Below are positions 18,854-28,450 of a stretch of DNA of 64,000 nucleotides, piece by piece. Below the pieces are notes generated by a model. It saw only the letters and a program-made list of their open reading frames with translations, was not told the DNA's origin and did no database searches. Every line of letters starts with the position of its first letter. Positions within the stretch are counted from its first letter, which is position 1. Both the position numbers and the translations under genes were made by a program. Source of the DNA: an uncultured Chloroflexia bacterium (GTDB lineage: Bacteria > Chloroflexota > Limnocylindria > Limnocylindrales > CSP1-4); the NCBI GenBank assembly GCA_963713975.1, contig OY970218.1, forward strand, positions 1,600,001 to 1,664,000, written 5' to 3'.

Positions 18854-19864
18854 ATGCGTTTCCGCGGCGGCGTCGCGAGGGCGACCCTGGGGCTCCTCAT
18901 CTCCCTCGTGGCGCTGGCGCTCGTCGCCCGCTCGGTGGATCTCGAGGCCGCATGGCAGATCCTGCGTGGTGCCGATCCCCGGTGGATCCTCGTGCTCATG
19001 GGGTTCGTCGCCATCGACGTCGTCCTGCGGGCGATCCGCTGGCGGGTGCTGCTGTCGCCCCTGGCGGTGGTGCCGTTCGGGGCGACGCTCTCGTCGCTGC
19101 TCGTCGGGTACCTCGCCAACAACATCCTGCCGATGCGCCTCGGCGAGATCGTCAGGAGCCACGACCTGGGTGGGCGCACCGGGTTGAGCCGGCCGTCGAT
19201 CCTGGGCACGATCGTGGTCGAGCGCATCGTGGACACGTTCGTCGTCGTGTCCATCGCCGCGGTGGCGATCCTGGTCCTGTCCGTGCGGGGGATCGTGGCC
19301 TCGGCGGTCCTGGTGGGGTTCGCCGTCACGGCGCTGCTGGTGGTGGCCGTGGGCCTGGGGATCTACGCGCACCGCCTCCCGGGGGCGGACCGGATCGCGG
19401 CGTTCCTGGAACGCTGGCCCCGGATCCGGGAGGCCCTCACGCGGCTGCGGGCCGGCCTCTCGGTGGCGAGCGATGCCAGGGTGATGATCGTCGCGGTCCT
19501 GCTCTCGATAGGGTCGTGGTCGTTTACCGTGCTCGCCTTCGCGGCGGCGGCGCAGGCGGTCGGCGTGGAGCCGACGATCGGTCAGGCCGCGCTGCTCGCG
19601 GCCGGCACCAACCTGGCCACGGCCATCCCCGCGGCCCCCGGGTACGTGGGCACGTTCGAGCTGGCGGTGGTGACGATCGGGGCGTCGGTGGGGATCGCGA
19701 AGGAGGACGCGCTGGCTTTCGGCATCCTGGTGCACACGGTGCTGCTGCTCATGACGTCGGTCGGCGGGGCGATAGCCCTCGTGCTCGGCGGCCGGCGCCA
19801 GCGACACCTGGTCCGCGAGGCGATGGTGACTGAAGCGAGCTCACCCGTCGTGGGTGAGCCATGA
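18854..19864 (+). CDS. Lysylphosphatidylglycerol synthase TM-domain (UPF0104) flippase-like protein
   Basis: RAIRWRVLL, NNILPMRLGEIVR, VERIVD, PAAPGYVGTFE. Confidence 0.9.
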   Translation: MRFRGGVARATLGLLISLVALALVARSVDLEAAWQILRGADPRWILVLMGFVAIDVVLRAIRWRVLLSPLAVVPFGATLSSLLVGYLANNILPMRLGEIVRSHDLGGRTGLSRPSILGTIVVERIVDTFVVVSIAAVAILVLSVRGIVASAVLVGFAVTALLVVAVGLGIYAHRLPGADRIAAFLERWPRIREALTRLRAGLSVASDARVMIVAVLLSIGSWSFTVLAFAAAAQAVGVEPTIGQAALLAAGTNLATAIPAAPGYVGTFELAVVTIGASVGIAKEDALAFGILVHTVLLLMTSVGGAIALVLGGRRQRHLVREAMVTEASSPVVGEP

Positions 19865-20606
19865 TGACGGGAGGCGCTCGATGACGGAAGCGCGTGCGCA
19901 GCGGGCGTGGCCGGGTGCGCTGGACTGGGGCGGCGACTGGCTCGGCGACACCCGTCAGGAGTTGCAGCACCTGGGGTTCGAGCTCCGGGACGGCTCCCTG
20001 GCGGGCTCCATGCCCGGTCCCCGGCTGCTGATCGCGATCCGCGACCGGCCCACGCTGGCGCATTTCGACCCCGAGCTGGTCACGTTCTGGGAGGCGCGCG
20101 GTGGACGCGGCCACGTCGCGTCGATCGGTCGCTCCGTGCCCGTTCCCGTGGCGCGCCCCTGGTCGTGGGGCCCGGTGCGCGTGGAAGACCGGGTGCCCGT
20201 CAGCAACCAGTTCCTGGGGTTCGGCGGGACGCTGCTGGTCGACGCCGTAGACGGCACCTGCACGTACCTCGCCTTCACCTCGCGTGCGCCGATCGTGCGC
20301 TGGGCAGGGCATTCCCAGGGCGTGGACCCGCTCGTGGACGAGATCGGGGCCTTCTTCGCGCGCCTTATGGTGCCCGTGGACTACCAGGACGGAGCGGAGG
20401 GTCGCATCGCCGAGGCGGACCCGGAGGCGTTGTACGGCGTATTCGTGCGGCACTCGCTCGAGCGCGTGCACCACAGCCACCGGCTGCGCGATGCCGACCC
20501 GCAGCTCGCAGGCTGGCTGGAGCACGAGGGCCACCGGCTCGCCCAGGACTCGCCCGCGCACTGGCAGGAGGCCGGCGTGCTGCGGGACTGGCTGGACCTG
20601 CGCTAG
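19854..20606 (+). CDS. Hypothetical protein
   Basis: 250-aa ORF overlapping the upstream stop, with typical codon usage. Confidence 0.7.
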   Translation: MSHDDGRRSMTEARAQRAWPGALDWGGDWLGDTRQELQHLGFELRDGSLAGSMPGPRLLIAIRDRPTLAHFDPELVTFWEARGGRGHVASIGRSVPVPVARPWSWGPVRVEDRVPVSNQFLGFGGTLLVDAVDGTCTYLAFTSRAPIVRWAGHSQGVDPLVDEIGAFFARLMVPVDYQDGAEGRIAEADPEALYGVFVRHSLERVHHSHRLRDADPQLAGWLEHEGHRLAQDSPAHWQEAGVLRDWLDLR

Positions 20607-20711
20607 CAGCCGGCCGGCCGCGCCGCTCCCGGGAATCGAACGGGCCCCGGCGGAGCCGGGGCCCTGGATCGGCGGCGAGCCCTGCGGGGCCCGGCGAGCG
20701 TTTCGCGGGAC

Positions 20712-21620
20712 CTACTCCGCGAGCCCCTGCGCCTTGAGCCACGTGGCGACCACGTCGTTGATGTCCTTCTTGTCGACGCTGACCTGCTTGTAGAGGTCGG
20801 CGAGCGTCGCCGTGTCGACCTTGGCCGACAGGTCGTTGAGGAGCTTCGAGAACGCGGCCTCGTCGGTCTTCGCGAGGAAGTCGTTCCTCACCAGCGGGGC
20901 GATGTTGTCGGCCGGCTGGGTGAGCTTGTCGTCCTCGAGCAGCACGAAGTCGTTGATGATGATGTCGGGCTGCGTGGAGCACAGCTCGCCGAGGTCGATG
21001 GTCCCGGCCGCTAGGGCCTGCGCCATCGGCGTGGAGCACGCATCGAGGAGCGTGGCTCCCGAGACGTCAAGCCCATACGCCTCCTTGAGCGCCGCGGCGC
21101 ACAGGGGGTTCGTAGGGCAGTCCTTGGCCAGGCCGAGCTTCAGCTCGTCCTGGACGGCCGCGACGTCGCTCATCTTCGTCAGCGAGTACTGGTCGGCGGT
21201 CTCCCTGCGGACGACGAACGCGTTCTGGTCCTGGGCCGGCGTGTAGTCGAGGGCGGTGATCCCGCCCCCCTTGCCGTCGAGGATCGCCTGGAGCGCGGCG
21301 CTGTTGGCCGCCGCATCGCCGGTTGGCGTGCCACCGTAGCCGGCCGCGAGCCCGGAGCCGATGTACTCGGGCTGGAGGTCGATCTGGCCGCTCTCCAGGG
21401 CGGGGAGCAGCACCTTCCGGTCGCCCAGCCCGATGCCGTCCCGGTTGACGCTGTAGCCGGCGCCTTCAAGGACCTGGGCGTAGGCCTCGGCCATGATCCG
21501 CGCCTCGTCGAACCCCACCGAGCCGACCTTGATCTCTGGCTTGCTGCCCCCACCCGTCGAGCAGGCGCCGACCAGCACCAGCATCGACGCCCCGAGGGCG
21601 AGCGCGCGGGACAACCGCAT
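20712..21620 (-). CDS. Osmoprotectant (glycine betaine/choline) ABC transporter substrate-binding lipoprotein
   Basis: Lipobox LVGAC, VGSVGFDE, IDLQPEYIG, QDQNAFVV, VLLEDDK. Confidence 0.92.
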   Translation of the reverse strand: MRLSRALALGASMLVLVGACSTGGGSKPEIKVGSVGFDEARIMAEAYAQVLEGAGYSVNRDGIGLGDRKVLLPALESGQIDLQPEYIGSGLAAGYGGTPTGDAAANSAALQAILDGKGGGITALDYTPAQDQNAFVVRRETADQYSLTKMSDVAAVQDELKLGLAKDCPTNPLCAAALKEAYGLDVSGATLLDACSTPMAQALAAGTIDLGELCSTQPDIIINDFVLLEDDKLTQPADNIAPLVRNDFLAKTDEAAFSKLLNDLSAKVDTATLADLYKQVSVDKKDINDVVATWLKAQGLAE

Positions 21621-21679
21621 TGGGTCTCCTCTCCGTGTCGCTGCGCGGCCGGCGGGCACCGGCCTCGCTGAACCATATA

Positions 21680-22426
21680 TCAGGTGACGGGGCCCCCGGT
21701 TCTGGCGACTTCGGCCAGGCCACGTCGCCCGCCGCGGCCGTCGACAGCCGGGACGCCGGGCGGCGCTAGCCTCCGGGACAGCACGGTGAAGATCGCCTCG
21801 GCCGTGAGGGCGAGCAGCGCGATCAGCACCACGCCCCCGTAGACCATGCCGTCGTCGTTCTGCGAGATGCCCTCGGTCAGGTAGGTGCCGAGCCCTCCGA
21901 AGCCGAAGATCGCCCCCAGCGTCGCGGTGGCGATGACCTGGACCGATGCCGAGCCGACGCCGCCCAGGATGACCGGCAGCGCCAGGGGCACCTCCAGGAA
22001 GCGCAGGACGTGGCCCTCCGTGAGGCCCATGCCGCGCGCCGCCTCGGTCAGGTCACCGTCGACCTCCGACACGCCGGTGTAGGTGTTGACCAGGATCGGC
22101 GGGATCGCGAGCGCGATCATCGCGATCAGCGTGGGCAGCACGCGGAACCCGAACTGCGGGTCGATCAGGGCGGTGAACGGCACCAGGATCCCGATCAATG
22201 CCAGGGACGGCACCGCGCGGAAGAGGTTCGCTCCGTTGACGGCGACGCGCGTGCCCCGGCCCGTGTGCCCGACCCAGAGCCCGAGCGGGACGGCGATCAC
22301 GAGCGCGACCATGAGCGCCGTCATCGAGATCGCCAGGTGCTCCATCACGCGCACCGGGATCCCGGACGGGCCCGTCCAGTTGGCTGGGTCCGTGAGCCAG
22401 GCGGCGGTCTCCTCGATGATGGTCAT
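21680..22426 (-). CDS. Osmoprotectant ABC transporter permease
   Basis: RAVPSLAL, IPPILVNTYTG, EAARGMG motif. Confidence 0.92.
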   Translation of the reverse strand: MTIIEETAAWLTDPANWTGPSGIPVRVMEHLAISMTALMVALVIAVPLGLWVGHTGRGTRVAVNGANLFRAVPSLALIGILVPFTALIDPQFGFRVLPTLIAMIALAIPPILVNTYTGVSEVDGDLTEAARGMGLTEGHVLRFLEVPLALPVILGGVGSASVQVIATATLGAIFGFGGLGTYLTEGISQNDDGMVYGGVVLIALLALTAEAIFTVLSRRLAPPGVPAVDGRGGRRGLAEVARTGGPVT

Positions 22427-23127
22427 CCGCCCGCCTCGCCGGGGAGGGGCAGCGACGGCACGTCGAGGGTGTCCGGGTCGCGACGGCTGCCGGCAGAGGA
22501 CCACGGCGTGGCGCGCCGCTGGACCGCGACCAGGGCCAGGTCCACGACCACGGCGAGCGCCATCGAGGGCACCGCCCCGAACAGCATCTCGGTCGGGAAG
22601 TAGTGACGCCAGCCCTCGAAGATGAAGAACCCGAGCCCGCCGAACCGGTCGCCGATCGCCCCCGTGATGGTCACCAGCCCGATGGTCGAGACGCTGGCGA
22701 CGCGCAGGCCGGCGATCACCAGCGGCAGCGACAGTGGCAGCTCGACCCGACGCAGCCGCTGCGAGCTCCGGTAGCCCATCCCGTCGGCGGCCTCGAGCAC
22801 ATCCGGCGGGACCGCGTCGAAGCCGGCCACGATGTTGCGCACGAAGATGAGCAACGTGTAGAGGACCAGCGGAACCTCGGCCGTCACCAGCGACAGGCCC
22901 GTGATGGGCACGAGCGCGGCGAACAGCGCGAGGCTCGGGATGGTGTACAGGATCCCGGCCGCCGCCGTGATCGGCGCGTAGACGCGCCGGCGGCGGACCG
23001 ACCAGATGGCCAGGCAGAACGAGATCGCGAAGCCGATCAGGAGCGCGATGCCGGCCAGGTAGATGTGCTGGACGAGCCGGAAGGCGAGCTCGTCCAGGTG
23101 ATCCGCCATCCAGACCCAGTCGATCAT
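22423..23127 (-). CDS. Osmoprotectant ABC transporter permease
   Basis: YTIPSLALF, EAADGMG, VELPLSLP. Confidence 0.92.
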   Translation of the reverse strand: MIDWVWMADHLDELAFRLVQHIYLAGIALLIGFAISFCLAIWSVRRRRVYAPITAAAGILYTIPSLALFAALVPITGLSLVTAEVPLVLYTLLIFVRNIVAGFDAVPPDVLEAADGMGYRSSQRLRRVELPLSLPLVIAGLRVASVSTIGLVTITGAIGDRFGGLGFFIFEGWRHYFPTEMLFGAVPSMALAVVVDLALVAVQRRATPWSSAGSRRDPDTLDVPSLPLPGEAGG

Positions 23128-24338
23128 CCGGGGTCCCCGTCCGGTGCCCGGTCCTCGTCCGACCCGGGTGGTCCGGCCGGGGCGTCGCCGGCCGTGTCCC
23201 GCATGTAGGCCGCGATCTGCTCGACCCGCACGAGGCCCCGGAACGTCCCGAGACGGTCCACCACCAGTCCCGCCTGCACGTCGGCGTCAAGCAGCATCGA
23301 CAGGGCGTCCTTGAGGGTGGTCCGGCGATCGAGGAGCGGCGAGCTGGATTCGACCTGGTCGACGGCGATCGCGCCGGGCCCGAGGCGGTCCCGGTGCACC
23401 CAACCGATCGGCCGCTGGCCCTCGTCGACGATCAGGACGTACTCGAAGGGCTGCCCGGCCGCGACCCGGCGGACGATCGCGCCATCGTCCCCGAGCCCGG
23501 CGGTCACGACCTGCGACAGCGGCAGCTCGCTCACGCGGACGAGGCTGAGCCGCTTGAGCCCGCGGTCCGTGCCCACGAAGCGGGCGACGAACTCGGAGGC
23601 GGGGCTGGCGAGGATCTCCGTCGGGGACGCGAACTGCTCCAGCCTCCCGCCGGCGCGGAGGACGGCCACCACGTCGCCCATCTTGATGGCCTCGTCGATG
23701 TCGTGGGTCACGAACAGGATGGTCTTGGCCAGCTGCTCCTGCAGGCGGAGGAACTCGTTCTGGAGGTGCTCTCGGACGATGGGATCAACGGCGCCGAACG
23801 GCTCGTCCATGAGCATGACCGGAGGGTCCGCCGCAAGGGCCCGGGCGACCCCGACACGCTGGCGCTCGCCGCCCGACAGTTGGGCCGGGTAGCGGCCGGC
23901 GTACGTCGTGGGGTCCAGGCCGACCATCGCGAGGAGCTCCTGGGCCCGGGCGTCCTGCCTCCCCTTCGGCCAGCCGAGGAGACGGGGGACCGTGGCCACG
24001 TTGTCCAGGATGGTCTGGTGCGGGAACAGGCCGGTCTGCTGGATCACATAGCCGATGCCACGCCGCAGCTCCGTCCGGTCCCGGGTCGCTACGTCCACGC
24101 CATCGAGCAGGATCCGGCCGGCGGTCGGCTCGATCAGGCGGTTGACCATCTTGAGCGACGTGGTCTTGCCACACCCGGAGGGGCCCACCAGGACGCAGAT
24201 CTTCCCGGCCGGGACCGTGAGCGTGAGGTCGTTCACGGCACCGGGGGTGCCGCGGCGCGCGCTGCCGGCGTCGTAGGACTTGGTGGCGTGGTCGAACTCG
24301 ACCGTCGCGGCGCGGTGGGACGTGGCGGGAGCGGTCAT
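23124..24338 (-). CDS. Osmoprotectant ABC transporter ATP-binding protein with CBS pair (OpuA/OpuC-type)
   Basis: GPSGCGKTT, LSGGERQR, MDEPFGAVDP, C-terminal CBS-like region. Confidence 0.95.
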   Translation of the reverse strand: MTAPATSHRAATVEFDHATKSYDAGSARRGTPGAVNDLTLTVPAGKICVLVGPSGCGKTTSLKMVNRLIEPTAGRILLDGVDVATRDRTELRRGIGYVIQQTGLFPHQTILDNVATVPRLLGWPKGRQDARAQELLAMVGLDPTTYAGRYPAQLSGGERQRVGVARALAADPPVMLMDEPFGAVDPIVREHLQNEFLRLQEQLAKTILFVTHDIDEAIKMGDVVAVLRAGGRLEQFASPTEILASPASEFVARFVGTDRGLKRLSLVRVSELPLSQVVTAGLGDDGAIVRRVAAGQPFEYVLIVDEGQRPIGWVHRDRLGPGAIAVDQVESSSPLLDRRTTLKDALSMLLDADVQAGLVVDRLGTFRGLVRVEQIAAYMRDTAGDAPAGPPGSDEDRAPDGDPG

Positions 24339-24414
24339 GCGGGCCCTCTTCCGGTTCCTCGAAGGCTACGTGATCATGGCGTCGCTGCCCACCGAGAGCA
24401 CGGGTGCCCCTCGG

Positions 24415-25076
24415 TCACCCCCGGTCCACGAGGGGTTTCACCTCGCCGATCAGCCGTTCGATGGTCTCGATGTCGAAGGTTGCCGGCATCTCCGCCAGCA
24501 CCTCCGGGAAGCCGGCGTCCACGTACTCGAGGATCCGTTCGGCCACCTGTTCTGGCGTTCCAAGGACTGGTCGCGATGGCTGCAGCGATGCCTCGTACGT
24601 CACGCCGTTGTTGGCCATGATCCCAGTCCAGGCCCGCTCGGCAGCCGGCACGTCGTCGCGGATCACGAACCACAGGTTCATCGTCCTGCGGATCTCGCGC
24701 TCGTCGCGCCCCACCGCCGCGCAGTGCTCGTGCAGCACGCCATCGAGCTCGAACCAGGCGCCGCCCAGGCCCAGGACCGCCCGCCCGAGGCGTGGTCGAG
24801 GGTCGTTGCCATCTGGGCCGCGAGGGCGGGGTTCCGGAAGGTGTTGGCACCGACCATCAGCCCGAGGTCGACGTTCCGCGTTGTGGTGGCCCAGGCGCCA
24901 AGCGTCACGTATCCCTCGAAGATGTCCTGGTGCGGGTCGCCGAACGGGGCGTAGAGATGGTCGAACGTCCACAGACTCCGGTAGCCGAGACGATCGACGC
25001 GCCGGGCCGCGTCGAGGTACGCGGTCCACGAGGTGGCCTGACTCCAGAGGTTGATCCCGAGGGCGAGGTCCGTCAT
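24415..25076 (-). pseudogene. LLM-class (F420/flavin-dependent) oxidoreductase pseudogene
   Basis: N-terminal half (SLWTFDH...FRNPALAAQMATTLDHASGGR) and the rest (AVLGLGGAWFE...EHCAAVGRD...GTPEQVAERI) are in different frames, with the shift near 24780; the central ~100 aa typical of the family are missing. Confidence 0.85.
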
Positions 25077-25104
25077 GGGGTGCGTCTCCGGGTGGGGCGG
25101 CGGG

Positions 25105-25383
25105 TCAGGCGCTGTCAAGCTCGCGATTGATGGCCCGCATGATGAAGCGCGCCGCCTCGGCGCTCTTGCCGCCCAGCTTCTGGCCCTCGTCCTGCTCGAG
25201 GACGAGGGCAAGGTCGGCCAGCATCGCGCCCAGGATGGGCGTCTCCTGGAGCGCCCCGGCGGCGAAGGCCGTCTCCAGCCCGGCGACAGCCAGCCGGGCG
25301 TTGTCGACGGTGTGGCCCGGCGCGTCCATTCGCGTCCGGAATGCCTCGCGCGCGGCCTCGGCCGCCGGTCCGTCGCTGGCCAT
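25105..25383 (-). CDS. Small hypothetical protein
   Basis: MASDGPAAEAAREAFR...ELDSA; directly follows the GNAT gene. Confidence 0.7.
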   Translation of the reverse strand: MASDGPAAEAAREAFRTRMDAPGHTVDNARLAVAGLETAFAAGALQETPILGAMLADLALVLEQDEGQKLGGKSAEAARFIMRAINRELDSA

Positions 25384-25385
25384 GG

Positions 25386-26045
25386 TCACTCGCTCCCGGA
25401 GGCGTGACCGGCCTGCTCTGCCTGCCCGGCCTGCCCTGCTCGACCCGCGACCGCTGCCCGCCCGTCCGCCTCGGCGCGGGCCTGCCACCGGGCGGCCCGC
25501 CACTCGGGCTCCAGCACGCTCATGTGGATCTCGTCCCACCAGCGCCCGTCTCGCCAGATCGCCTCTCGGGAGCGACCCTCGGCCGTGAATCCGACCCTGG
25601 TATAGGCACGGATCGCGCGTTCATTGAAGGCGAACACGGATAGCGCCACGCGATGGAGGCCAAGCGAGCCGAGGGCGTGATCCACCATCAGGCTGGTCGC
25701 CTCGCCCCCGTAGCCGTGGCCCCAGGCGTCGTGCGCGCCGATGGTGATGTGGAACAGCACGGAACTGTTGTCGGCGTCGAGCTGGCTGAACGCGCAGGTC
25801 CCGATCAGGCGATTGGTCTCGCGAACATGGATCCCCATCGCGAGGGTGTCCGGGCCCATGGCCCGCATCATGAAGAACCGCTCGATCTCGTCGGCACGCA
25901 TGGGGCCCGGCTGGTAGCGGGTCAGACGCGCCACGTCCGGATCCTGGTACCAGCGCTGGAAGTCCGGCAGGTTGTCCCGCGTGTGCCGGCGCAGGACGAC
26001 CAACGTGCCGTCCATATGGTCGGGAAACCAACGCCGGGGGAGCAT
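25386..26045 (-). CDS. GNAT family N-acetyltransferase (RimJ/RimL-like)
   Basis: WGHGYGGEA, LGLHRVALSVFAFNERAIRAYTRVGF.EG. Confidence 0.92.
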   Translation of the reverse strand: MLPRRWFPDHMDGTLVVLRRHTRDNLPDFQRWYQDPDVARLTRYQPGPMRADEIERFFMMRAMGPDTLAMGIHVRETNRLIGTCAFSQLDADNSSVLFHITIGAHDAWGHGYGGEATSLMVDHALGSLGLHRVALSVFAFNERAIRAYTRVGFTAEGRSREAIWRDGRWWDEIHMSVLEPEWRAARWQARAEADGRAAVAGRAGQAGQAEQAGHASGSE

Positions 26046-26052
26046 CGCGGAC

Positions 26053-26064
26053 ACCCTATACCAT
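26053..26064. promoter_or_regulatory. Back-to-back -10 boxes driving divergent leaderless genes
   Basis: Minus-strand TAGGGT (26058-26053) and plus-strand TACCAT (26059-26064), each 7 nt from an ATG. Confidence 0.65.
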
Positions 26065-26071
26065 CGGGATC

Positions 26072-27769
26072 ATGCGCCGCTGGGGCGAGATCGCCGAACG
26101 TGTCGCCGGGACGACGAAGACGTCCGACAAGACGGCCATCCTCGCCAGCTACCTCGCCTCGCTCGCGCCGGACGAGCTGCCGGTGGCGGCCGTGTTCCTC
26201 ACCGGCCGGCCGTTCGCCGCGGCAGACCAGCGCTCCGTGGGTGTCGGCTGGGCCGGCCTGACCGGGGCGGTGCTGCGTGTGGCCGAGGCCGACGGCGATG
26301 CCCTCCGTCGTGCCTACGACCGGTCCTCGGACATCGCAACTGCCGTGACCGAGGTGCTCACCGCGGCCGGCCATGCACCCGACCCGGCGGGGGAGCCCAC
26401 CCTGTCCGAGGTACGCGCCGCCTTCGAGGCTGCGCAGGCGGCCTCGGGCAGCGCCGCCAAGGTTGCGGTCCTGGGGGCCCTGCTGGGGCGCTCGTCGCCA
26501 GGGACGGCGGGCGCGATCGTCAGGGTCCTGGGCGGTGAGCTGCGCATCGGGCTCCGCGAGGGACTGCTCGAGGCTGCGATCGCGAAGGCGTTCGGACGGC
26601 CCCTGGACGCCGTGAAGCGGGCCGGCATGCTCACCGGCGACGTGGGCCGGACCGCCGTGCTGGCCCGCGATGACCGCCTCGACGAGGCCGTCATGGCCCT
26701 GTTCCATCCCTTGAAGTTCATGCTGGCCTCGCCGGCGGAGGACGCGGCCGAGATCATGACCCGCCTGGGACCCACGGTCTGGGTGGAGGACAAGTACGAC
26801 GGGATCCGCACCCAGCTCCACCGTGCCGGCGACCGGGTCCGCCTGTACTCACGCGACCTGCATGACATCAGCGGCCAGTTCCCGGAGGTGATCGAGGGTG
26901 CCCGCGGCCAGGCGTGGGCCGGGATCCTGGACGGGGAGCTGCTCGCGTGGAAGGACGGCACGGTGCTGCCGTTCCTCCAGCTGCAGACGCGCCTGGGGCG
27001 GAAGGACCCGTCGGCGGCCATCCTGGCGGAGGTCCCGGTGATCTACGTCGCCTGGGACCTGCTCGGCCTGGGCCGTGACGAGGACGCCGTGGTTGACCCG
27101 TTCCTCGAGCTGCCACTGGAGGAGCGGCGCCGGCGGCTGGAGGCGCTGGGCCTCCCGATGGCCTCGGACGGCGGGCGCTTCGCGCTGAGCCACCTCATGA
27201 CCGTCGGGTCCGTGGACGAGCTGGAGGCGGCCTTCGCAGGGGCCCGTGCCCGGCGGAACGAGGGCCTGATGGTCAAGGACCCGCAGAGCGGATACTCGCC
27301 CGGCCGCCGGGGTCTGGGCTGGCTCAAGATGAAGAAGGCCCTGGCGACGCTGGACTGCGTGGTTGTTGGCGTGGAGCTGGGTCACGGCAAGCGTCATGGC
27401 GTCCTCTCCGACTACACCTTCGCCGTGCGGGACGAGGACACCGGCGAGCTGGTGACGATCGGGAAGGCGTACAGCGGGCTCACCGATGCCGAAATCGCGG
27501 AGATGACGCGGTGGTTCGAGGCGCACACGATCAGCACGCACGGTCGCTATCGGGTCGTGGAGCCGACGGTGGTGGTCGAGATCGCCTTCGACGTGATCAT
27601 GCGCAGCACCCGCCACCGGTCCGGCTACGCCCTGCGCTTTCCCAGGATCGCCAACCTGCGTCCCGACAAGCCACCGTCCGAGATCGACACCCTGGCCACC
27701 GTCGGCCGCCTCTACGACGGGCTGCAGCTTGGTGCCGAGTACCTGGTGACGTCCGCCGCCCGCCGATAG
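26072..27769 (+). CDS. lig: ATP-dependent DNA ligase (LigB/archaeal-like, with N-terminal DNA-binding domain)
   Basis: EDKYDG adenylation motif, LDGEL, EGLMVK, WLKMK, ALRFPR. Confidence 0.95.
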   Translation: MRRWGEIAERVAGTTKTSDKTAILASYLASLAPDELPVAAVFLTGRPFAAADQRSVGVGWAGLTGAVLRVAEADGDALRRAYDRSSDIATAVTEVLTAAGHAPDPAGEPTLSEVRAAFEAAQAASGSAAKVAVLGALLGRSSPGTAGAIVRVLGGELRIGLREGLLEAAIAKAFGRPLDAVKRAGMLTGDVGRTAVLARDDRLDEAVMALFHPLKFMLASPAEDAAEIMTRLGPTVWVEDKYDGIRTQLHRAGDRVRLYSRDLHDISGQFPEVIEGARGQAWAGILDGELLAWKDGTVLPFLQLQTRLGRKDPSAAILAEVPVIYVAWDLLGLGRDEDAVVDPFLELPLEERRRRLEALGLPMASDGGRFALSHLMTVGSVDELEAAFAGARARRNEGLMVKDPQSGYSPGRRGLGWLKMKKALATLDCVVVGVELGHGKRHGVLSDYTFAVRDEDTGELVTIGKAYSGLTDAEIAEMTRWFEAHTISTHGRYRVVEPTVVVEIAFDVIMRSTRHRSGYALRFPRIANLRPDKPPSEIDTLATVGRLYDGLQLGAEYLVTSAARR

Positions 27770-27877
27770 GGTCACACCGCGCCGCGACGAACGGGCGAGG
27801 TTCTCCGTCGGCCGCGGACGTCTATGCTGCGCGCAGTGCCGGTGCGTAACCGCGCGCGCCATCGGGAGACCAGCAGC

Positions 27878-28444
27878 ATGTATCCCGCGTTCTCCGATCT
27901 TGACCGGGTGGAGCTGACGCTCTACACGGACGCGCTGATCACCAGGGGCTGGGTTCGTACCCGCCAGCACCGCGTGACGGACATCCTCAACATGGCCGAG
28001 GAGCCCTTCCTCATCCTGGAGGATGTCACCGTCGAGGAGCTGGGTGACCGTGGCCAGCCGATCCGCGCCGACGTCGCCCAGATCAATCTCGCGTCGGTGC
28101 TGTTCGCCGTGGCGGACGTCGAGGCGGAGACGTCGGCGGAGCTCCGGACCCCCAAGACCCCGGCCGAGGCGGTCGTCTCGGTTCCGCCGTTCCGGATCAC
28201 CGGCACGATCCACCTGCTGCCGGGCGAGCCGAGCCTTCGCGAGGCCCTGGGCGAGCTCTCCGGGCGCTTCATCCCTGTCACCGACGCGACGTTCTGGTCG
28301 GACCGGCTCGGCGAGGGTCGCCGTTCCGCGTTGCTCGTGGCCGTCAACCACCAGCGCACGCAGATCATGGCGCAGCACAAGGAGCTGGACCCGTGGGCAG
28401 GGCTCGACTCGTCCAGCGAGAATCGAGGGACCAGGGGCCGCTGA
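27878..28444 (+). CDS. Hypothetical protein with two tandem DUF6812-like domains
   Basis: Internal repeat (RGWV..VTDILN..PFLILEDVT / TGTIH..LREALG..RFIPVTDAT); start 27836 or 27878. Confidence 0.7.
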   Translation: MYPAFSDLDRVELTLYTDALITRGWVRTRQHRVTDILNMAEEPFLILEDVTVEELGDRGQPIRADVAQINLASVLFAVADVEAETSAELRTPKTPAEAVVSVPPFRITGTIHLLPGEPSLREALGELSGRFIPVTDATFWSDRLGEGRRSALLVAVNHQRTQIMAQHKELDPWAGLDSSSENRGTRGR

Positions 28445-28450
28445 CCGCCG

